Made by a program: the position numbers and the translations under genes
Notes under the pieces: model-generated
What the model saw: the letters and a program-made list of their open reading frames with translations, nothing else
Databases searched by the model: none
What the model was told of the DNA's origin: nothing
Shown here: positions 53,822 through 58,669 of the stretch, in pieces
How positions within the stretch are numbered: the stretch's first letter is position 1
Layout: the number at the start of each line of letters is the position of its first letter
Virus record (IMG/VR): IMGVR_UViG_3300005613_000075
Span: 1 to 58,669 of that record
Reading direction: 5' to 3' (one strand)
Source: a virus
Length of the DNA: 58,669 nt

Positions 53822-54084
53822 GCTACGTGCGGTTTGGTGAGGAAGGTTCTGATGTGTATGTGTACAGCCACGCGTATGGTGGCTTCGTGTGCGATATGTG
53901 CCGGCTGGAGGAAGAGAATTGGACATTTGTGGCTATGTCTCGCTCTGGTATGATCGCCCACCTGCGGGAGCATATCGCCGCGGGGCACGTTGTCCCGGAG
54001 TGTGCTATTGAGCGACTTGAGGAAGAGATTGAGGCAGAGGGCGACGAGTGGCAGGCGTGTGAGAGGGGGGAGGACGATGAGTAA
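53818..54084 (+). CDS. Hypothetical Cys/His-containing acidic protein
   Basis: ATGA coupling; 88 aa. Confidence 0.5.
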   Translation: MSYVRFGEEGSDVYVYSHAYGGFVCDMCRLEEENWTFVAMSRSGMIAHLREHIAAGHVVPECAIERLEEEIEAEGDEWQACERGEDDE

Positions 54085-54337
54085 ATATCAGAAATACTTA
54101 GACTGTCAGCATCGTTGGATGAAAGGCTATAAGTGGTGCGTGAAGTGTGGTGCTGCGAAGGACGACCTCCGCTGGATGAATGAGTTTGCTGCTATCGAGG
54201 TTCAGCGTGATGAATTGCTGGCGGCGTGTGAGGCCGCTTGGTTCGTGCTCCAAAAATATGATACTAGAGATGAGTGGGAGGCGGGCCAAACAGTTTTCAC
54301 CGCCATTGCCAAGGCGAAGGGAGAGAATGATGAGTGA
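54077..54337 (+). CDS. Hypothetical protein (paralog of the C-terminal part of 54327..54671)
   Basis: Shares LLAACEAA...AKGENDE with the next gene; CVKCG. Confidence 0.5.
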   Translation: MSKYQKYLDCQHRWMKGYKWCVKCGAAKDDLRWMNEFAAIEVQRDELLAACEAAWFVLQKYDTRDEWEAGQTVFTAIAKAKGENDE

Positions 54338-54671
54338 GCACACGCCAGGACCTTGGGAGAGTGATGATGGCGCAGTAGAATATGAACCCGGACATGGCCC
54401 ATTTTATGAACAGGGCGCATCGATAACAGCAGGCTACGATCATTACGTTGTCGTCGGTGGCTGTCAGGACGAGCAGGGTAGCGCGATCGGTGTTCTGCGT
54501 AATGCAGATGCTCGGCTTATGGCTGCCTCGCCTGATCTGCTGGCAGCGTGTGAGGCGGCCCTAAATTTTATTGACATATTTGATGGGTTTGTGCACGTGG
54601 AAAGTGCCACTCACAAACAACTCAAAGCTGCTATTGAGAAGGCGAAGGGAGAGAGCGATGAGAACAAGTAA
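54327..54671 (+). CDS. Hypothetical protein (TPGPWE...ARLMAASPDLLAACEAAL type)
   Basis: Overlapping start; 114 aa. Confidence 0.5.
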   Translation: MMSEHTPGPWESDDGAVEYEPGHGPFYEQGASITAGYDHYVVVGGCQDEQGSAIGVLRNADARLMAASPDLLAACEAALNFIDIFDGFVHVESATHKQLKAAIEKAKGESDENK

Positions 54672-54990
54672 CGGTTGGAAGCAACCCGTTCGTTGTGCGG
54701 TGGATAGCATGTATAGGCGACGGACTCGATTAGTAAAGCCTACTGCCACCCCCGGTCTGGTTCTTACAGAGTGGTATTCCCCTCGTTGGGAATACCCCAA
54801 ATACGGCATCACTCACCAGCGTTCGGGCTGGGGGGTCGGGGCACATTACCGCGCATTGGAGCAAGCGCAACAAGTGGCCGCGGAGCTTGGACAATTGGTA
54901 GACTGGACGCAGCCTGGACGCAGTCTGGCGAGGTTGATTACTGATGAAGAATTTGCGGGGAATCTTGCCGAGGTATTAGGAGAAGAGTGA
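54658..54990 (+). CDS. Hypothetical protein
   Basis: Overlapping start; 110 aa. Confidence 0.45.
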   Translation: MRTSNGWKQPVRCAVDSMYRRRTRLVKPTATPGLVLTEWYSPRWEYPKYGITHQRSGWGVGAHYRALEQAQQVAAELGQLVDWTQPGRSLARLITDEEFAGNLAEVLGEE

Positions 54991-55571
54991 TGAACCTGGA
55001 ACCAGAACGTAGGTGGGCACGTGCTTGGAAGCAGGCGGCGAAGGCTTGGCGGGCCAGCCATCGCTTCTATGAACGGCTAGTGGACAGTTGGGAGCGGTGC
55101 TATGATGATACGTATAAGCAACTTAAGGAGGCCCGCTACTGGGCTATCCGTATGAAGCGGGAGCGGGATGAACAACAGAGGTTGCGAGAGATGAAATATC
55201 GTCGCAACATGGAACTAATTGCAGAGAAACAGGCGTTGCAGACACAAGTAGAGGAACTCGAAGCTAGTAACAAGCTCTTCTCCGACTGTCTCCACCGGGC
55301 ACAGCTTGCCTACAAAGAAGCACATCCCGACCTGGACGAGAGCTTCTGGCCTGATGGAGCAGAGGCGTTCGTGAATTGGGTAGAGGGATTGCAGGCGGAA
55401 CTTGATACACGTCAAGAGCGGCGGTGTGAGACGTGTCGTAAATGCGGCACGCGAACAAGTGCCATATTCCCCCACAAGGAGTTACCATATTGTCAGTTTT
55501 GGAGTGGATTTAGACAGCCGGATGATTATTGTTCTCGTTGGGAGGCCCGCGATGAACCAAGCGACAGCTAA
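54990..55571 (+). CDS. Hypothetical coiled-coil protein with C-terminal Cys cluster
   Basis: GTGATG start region overlapping the previous stop; CETCRKCG...C...C. Confidence 0.5.
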   Translation: MNLEPERRWARAWKQAAKAWRASHRFYERLVDSWERCYDDTYKQLKEARYWAIRMKRERDEQQRLREMKYRRNMELIAEKQALQTQVEELEASNKLFSDCLHRAQLAYKEAHPDLDESFWPDGAEAFVNWVEGLQAELDTRQERRCETCRKCGTRTSAIFPHKELPYCQFWSGFRQPDDYCSRWEARDEPSDS

Positions 55572-55929
55572 CGCAGCGGAGATGTTTGATAGTGTACATG
55601 AGCGGGACTTCTACCTGGCCTGTCAGGTGGAAGGGTTGCCAGAGCCAGAGACGCAGTACCAATTTTGTCCAGGGCGCAAGTATCGGGCTGATTTCGCTTG
55701 GCCTGCCCGACGGGTGTTGGTGGAAGTGGAGGGCGGAGAGTGGGCAAAAGGTCGGCATGTCCGGGGCGCTGGTTATACTCGCGACTGCAAGAAGTACAAC
55801 TTGGCAGTGCTGAGGGGCTGGCGATTACTACGTTTCACCGGTGGTATGATTGCTGGTGATCCGTGCGGTTGTGTCCGGCAAGTGCAGGAATTGTTGCAGC
55901 AGGAGGGCTGGCGGGTGGAGGTGCTATGA
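55552..55929 (+). CDS. Vsr/DUF559-like PD-(D/E)xK endonuclease (putative)
   Basis: YRADFAWPARRVLVEVEGGEW...DCKKYNLAVLRGWRLLRF matches the D...(E/V)xEG...K and GW-x-(V/L)-(L/I)-RF pattern of that family. Confidence 0.5.
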   Translation: MNQATANAAEMFDSVHERDFYLACQVEGLPEPETQYQFCPGRKYRADFAWPARRVLVEVEGGEWAKGRHVRGAGYTRDCKKYNLAVLRGWRLLRFTGGMIAGDPCGCVRQVQELLQQEGWRVEVL

Positions 55930-56390
55930 CGCGACCTAACCGTGACCTGGATACCGTCACCAACGAGGAACTGGAGGCGGTCAAGCATCTGACTTTCCTG
56001 GACGCCCGACGGGTGCTCGGTATCGGCTGCAGTCAGACTCTCAAGAGGCTCTACATCGCCCGGGGGATTGACTACGTGAAACGGAGGCCCGGTGAAATGG
56101 CTGAGTACAAGACGCGTAAACCGTATACCCGTAATGGCAAGTACAAGAAAAGCAAGACCACCGGACTATTTGGGAATGGCGACCCCGTTCCCCTCCACCG
56201 GGACGCGATGGACGAGTCCATTGCCTCCGACTTAGGGTTGACAAACACCTGTCCCGACCTGGGCACAGAGGCTTGTCTGTCATGCGAGCTGGGCTTGGAC
56301 CTTCCCGACGACTGCGACTGGAATTGCGGGGACTGTATTCATGAGTGGACGTGTCCTTGTTCGTGGATCGGTTGGCGGAATAGACAATAG
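55926..56390 (+). CDS. Hypothetical protein with HTH-like N-terminus and Cys-rich C-terminus
   Basis: ATGA coupling; 154 aa. Confidence 0.45.
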   Translation: MTRPNRDLDTVTNEELEAVKHLTFLDARRVLGIGCSQTLKRLYIARGIDYVKRRPGEMAEYKTRKPYTRNGKYKKSKTTGLFGNGDPVPLHRDAMDESIASDLGLTNTCPDLGTEACLSCELGLDLPDDCDWNCGDCIHEWTCPCSWIGWRNRQ

Positions 56391-56412
56391 GGTAAAGTTA
56401 TGTTCACAAACC

Positions 56413-56441
56413 TTGCTTTTGGCGACCCGATATGCTATAAT
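56413..56441 (+). promoter_or_regulatory. Sigma70-like promoter TTGCTT-17-TATAAT
   Basis: Hexamers with 17-nt spacer; upstream of the packaging genes. Confidence 0.5.
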
Positions 56442-56469
56442 GCAGACAGACGGAGGCAGACAGTCATAA

Positions 56470-56595
56470 ATGGACAGCATCAAGGACTTGAAACCGGATG
56501 CACAGAACGCCAACAAAGGCACACCTCGCGGCTTGAAACTGCTTGATGATTCCCTGCGCAAGTACGGAGCGGGGCGGTCGATTCTGATTGAATGA
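56470..56595 (+). pseudogene. Possible truncated remnant (41 aa) of a ParB-like N-terminal domain gene
   Basis: MDSIKDLKPDAQNANKGTPRGLKLLDDSLRKYGAGRSILIE resembles the N-terminus of ParB-like nuclease/methylase proteins (LxPDxxNANxGTxRG...SLxxxGxxRxI) and then stops abruptly. Confidence 0.3.
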
Positions 56596-56605
56596 GATAG
56601 GGGGC

Positions 56606-56803
56606 ATGATGGAACCAACGATGTTTACCGGGGCCATTCAGAAGATTTCGACTTTGGTGGATGGGGGTATACGTGTGACTTTCGACATGAACGAGGGTGC
56701 AATTATGCAGGCCGCTGAACTCATGGCTATCAGACAGGCGGGCTATGCCGTGCGGGTGACGGTCGAATCGCTTGAATGGCAGAACGACGGAAGTGGAGAT
56801 TAA
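56606..56803 (+). CDS. Hypothetical protein
   Basis: GGGGG SD; 65 aa. Confidence 0.45.
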   Translation: MMEPTMFTGAIQKISTLVDGGIRVTFDMNEGAIMQAAELMAIRQAGYAVRVTVESLEWQNDGSGD

Positions 56804-56945
56804 CTTAGAATTCACTTGGAGTGAAACGTGAAATTGAGCGATTTGAACTAATGTGGAAGGCAGGGACTAATTACCCTTGCTGACTGGCGGGACGCCTCCA
56901 CGTCCCGCCAGTCCCACAACATCTTGGAGGAGGTGTAGTGTGGAT

Positions 56946-57599
56946 ATGAAGAAGTGTAACAAATGTGGCGAGGTAAAGCCTGTTAGTGAGTTCAACAAGA
57001 GGCCGTCAAGTAGAGATGGGCTGCGATCGGAATGCAAGGTTTGTCGGGCGGCATACAAAAGAAAACACTATCTTGCTAATCGGGAGGCAATAAGGGCCAA
57101 ACATAGAGACTATTATATTAAGCATAGCGAAGAGATCAGGGCTCGTGTTAAGATATATGGCAAGGAACATCGGGCGCAATGTGCAGCCAGAAATAAGGCT
57201 TATCGTATCAAATACAAGGAAAAATTTATTGCCTACGATAAGGCTTATCGGGCTAAACATAAACAGCGAATAAAAGCCGTGCTGAGCAAGTGGCATAAAG
57301 ACAATCCCGAGAAGGTCCGGGAGGCGAAGTTCCGTCGCCGTGCCCATGAGCACGAAGTATCTGGATATGCTACAGCAGAGCAGGTAGCAGCGAGAAGAGA
57401 AGTGTTTGGAAATCGATGTTATATTTGCGGAGAAGAGGCAGAGGCAATGGACCATGTTAAGCCATTGGCAAAAGGCGGGGCAAATTGGCCGTGCAACTTA
57501 AGGCCGATCTGTAAGCTCTGCAATTGTTCAAAGCAAGCAAAGTGGCCATTTGATATTGAGGCTGCTAGAATAGAAACGATGGGAGACAATGGCCGGTAG
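56946..57599 (+). CDS. HNH endonuclease with N-terminal zinc ribbon and helical repeats, adjacent to terminase
   Basis: CNKCG...CKVC; repeated xxYRxKHxxxI units; CYICG...DHVKPLAKGG...NLRPICKLCNCSK; low GC. Confidence 0.85.
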   Translation: MKKCNKCGEVKPVSEFNKRPSSRDGLRSECKVCRAAYKRKHYLANREAIRAKHRDYYIKHSEEIRARVKIYGKEHRAQCAARNKAYRIKYKEKFIAYDKAYRAKHKQRIKAVLSKWHKDNPEKVREAKFRRRAHEHEVSGYATAEQVAARREVFGNRCYICGEEAEAMDHVKPLAKGGANWPCNLRPICKLCNCSKQAKWPFDIEAARIETMGDNGR

Positions 57600-58233
57600 G
57601 CGGACGATATGCACGCCAGAAGTAATAAAGGCAGTGTGCGATAATATTACGTTGGGATTGAGTAACCATGATGCTGCGGTATTGGCAGGCATTGCTGAAG
57701 CAACATTTTATGGTTGGTTGAAGCGTGGCGAATTAGAAACGCAACGGGTAGCAGAAACATCACGTAGACAGATACGCCAGCGTGAACGTCCCTTCGTCGA
57801 ATTTTTAGAGGCAGTAAAAAAGGCCAAATCAGTTCGCAAGCAAGTTCTCATCGGGCGTATTCAGAAGGCCGCCCAGGGTGGGACGGAATATACTGAGACC
57901 AAGACGGTACATAAGGGCGGCAAGGTGGTGGAAGAAACAATTACAACGAAACGACTTCATCCAGAATGGACGGCTGCAGCTTGGTTATTGGAACGGATGC
58001 ACCCGGATGAATTCGGGCGGCGGCAGCGGGTAGACGTGTATGACTGGCGACAGGAAGTAGTAGAGATGCTACAGGCAGGGGCTATTACCCCACAGGATGT
58101 GTATGAACAACTTGGACATGAATATGCCACCGACGTTCTTAAGTCCGCCGGGATTGTTATCTTTGGGAATGGACAATCTGCGGAAGGTGGCAAAACAGAG
58201 GACGACACAAACAAAGACGAAGTGGCCGACTGA
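57589..58233 (+). CDS. terS: Terminase small subunit (putative)
   Basis: N-terminal HTH (ITLGLSNHDAAVLAGIAEATFYGWLKRG), 214 aa, immediately upstream of terL. Confidence 0.65.
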   Translation: MAGRRTICTPEVIKAVCDNITLGLSNHDAAVLAGIAEATFYGWLKRGELETQRVAETSRRQIRQRERPFVEFLEAVKKAKSVRKQVLIGRIQKAAQGGTEYTETKTVHKGGKVVEETITTKRLHPEWTAAAWLLERMHPDEFGRRQRVDVYDWRQEVVEMLQAGAITPQDVYEQLGHEYATDVLKSAGIVIFGNGQSAEGGKTEDDTNKDEVAD

Positions 58234-58669
58234 GCACTTGGTTGGGCCAGATGAAGTCACACCGGTCAAGTTCCACCAGGGTCAACAGTGGGCTTGGGAC
58301 GCTGAGCAACGGTGGGTAGCGATGATAAGCGGCACTCAGTCTGGGAAAACGCAGTGGGCTCCCTGGTGGTTGAAACGTGAGATTGAGGGACGGGGCAACG
58401 GCGACTATATTGCTATTTGCCCTACTTATGACTTGTATACCTTGAAAGCTCTCCCTGCGCTGCTCAAGGTGTTTTGTGACATTTGTAACATTGGTAAGTA
58501 TTGGGGCGGAACCAGAGTTGTAGAAATTCGAGAAGATGCAAAGCCAGATGGCAAGTTCTGGGCCAAGACCTCAAAAGACCCGATGTGGGCTAGGATTATT
58601 CTACGCTCTGCTGACAGTGAGGGTGGGCTAGAGGCGGCTACTGCAAAGGGGGCATGGTTGGATGAAGCA
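58169..58669 (+). CDS. terL: Terminase large subunit, N-terminal portion (continues at position 124 via the 123-bp overlap; start uncertain: ATG 58169 or TTG 58238)
   Basis: Walker A GTQSGKT encoded at 58331-58351; the frame is continuous with 37..1047 (58583 corresponds to 37). Confidence 0.8.
   Translation, partial: MDNLRKVAKQRTTQTKTKWPTEHLVGPDEVTPVKFHQGQQWAWDAEQRWVAMISGTQSGKTQWAPWWLKREIEGRGNGDYIAICPTYDLYTLKALPALLKVFCDICNIGKYWGGTRVVEIREDAKPDGKFWAKTSKDPMWARIILRSADSEGGLEAATAKGAWLDEA
58547..58669. repeat. Terminal direct repeat, exact copy of 1..123
   Basis: Identical 123 nt. Confidence 0.95.

Noticed and set aside
1-58669. tRNA/rRNA genes, integrase, repressor and recoded stop codons
   Set aside because: I saw no T-loop/acceptor-type signatures (GGTTCGAATCC-like words occur only inside CDSs) and no tyrosine or serine recombinase motifs. 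Long uninterrupted ORFs under the standard code argue against stop-codon reassignment. A tRNAscan/ARAGORN run would be needed to exclude tRNAs definitively.

Overview
The window is one complete, circularly closed (or terminally redundant) genome of a tailed, siphovirus-like dsDNA phage. Bases 1-123 are identical to 58547-58669, giving a unit length of 58,546 bp, and the large-terminase gene reads across that junction. Essentially all credible genes are on the + strand.

Gene order:
- terL, then low-GC small-ORF islands, portal and a MuF-like head protein.
- An HNH endonuclease, scaffold/decoration/major capsid genes, and a second HNH.
- Three tandem beta-helix paralogs, head-tail connectors, and a major tail protein fused to BNR repeats.
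- Tail chaperone (frameshift), tape measure, large tail proteins and a tail fiber.
- A lysis cluster: two TIM-barrel glycosidase-like proteins, a SpoIID-like protein and holin-like proteins.
- A metallophosphoesterase, then a promoter-rich early region of small ORFs (RHH regulator, Sak4-like ATPase, pentapeptide-repeat protein).
- A replication module (primase, initiator, DnaB-like helicase), further HNH/Vsr-like nucleases, and terS.

Main findings:
1. A diversity-generating retroelement (DGR). The 3' end of the 985-aa tail-fiber gene (VR, ~30915-31047) is repeated 160 bp downstream as a template repeat (TR, ~31075-31207). 26 of the 27 mismatches fall on TR adenines. A low-GC reverse transcriptase with DGR-type motifs follows (31331-32392). 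No recognisable Avd is present.
2. Two 75-nt arrays of a strict 5-nt periodic NNGGC motif (15 units each, 53046-53120 and 53150-53224) sit in an intercistronic region and end on the Shine-Dalgarno sequence of an HNH gene.
3. Two paralogous promoter-plus-leader RNA elements show compensatory base changes and built-in terminators. Several other sigma70-like promoters are also followed by leader terminators.

I saw no tRNA, rRNA, CRISPR array, integrase or repressor. All functional calls come from motifs read by eye in the supplied translations. No database search was possible.
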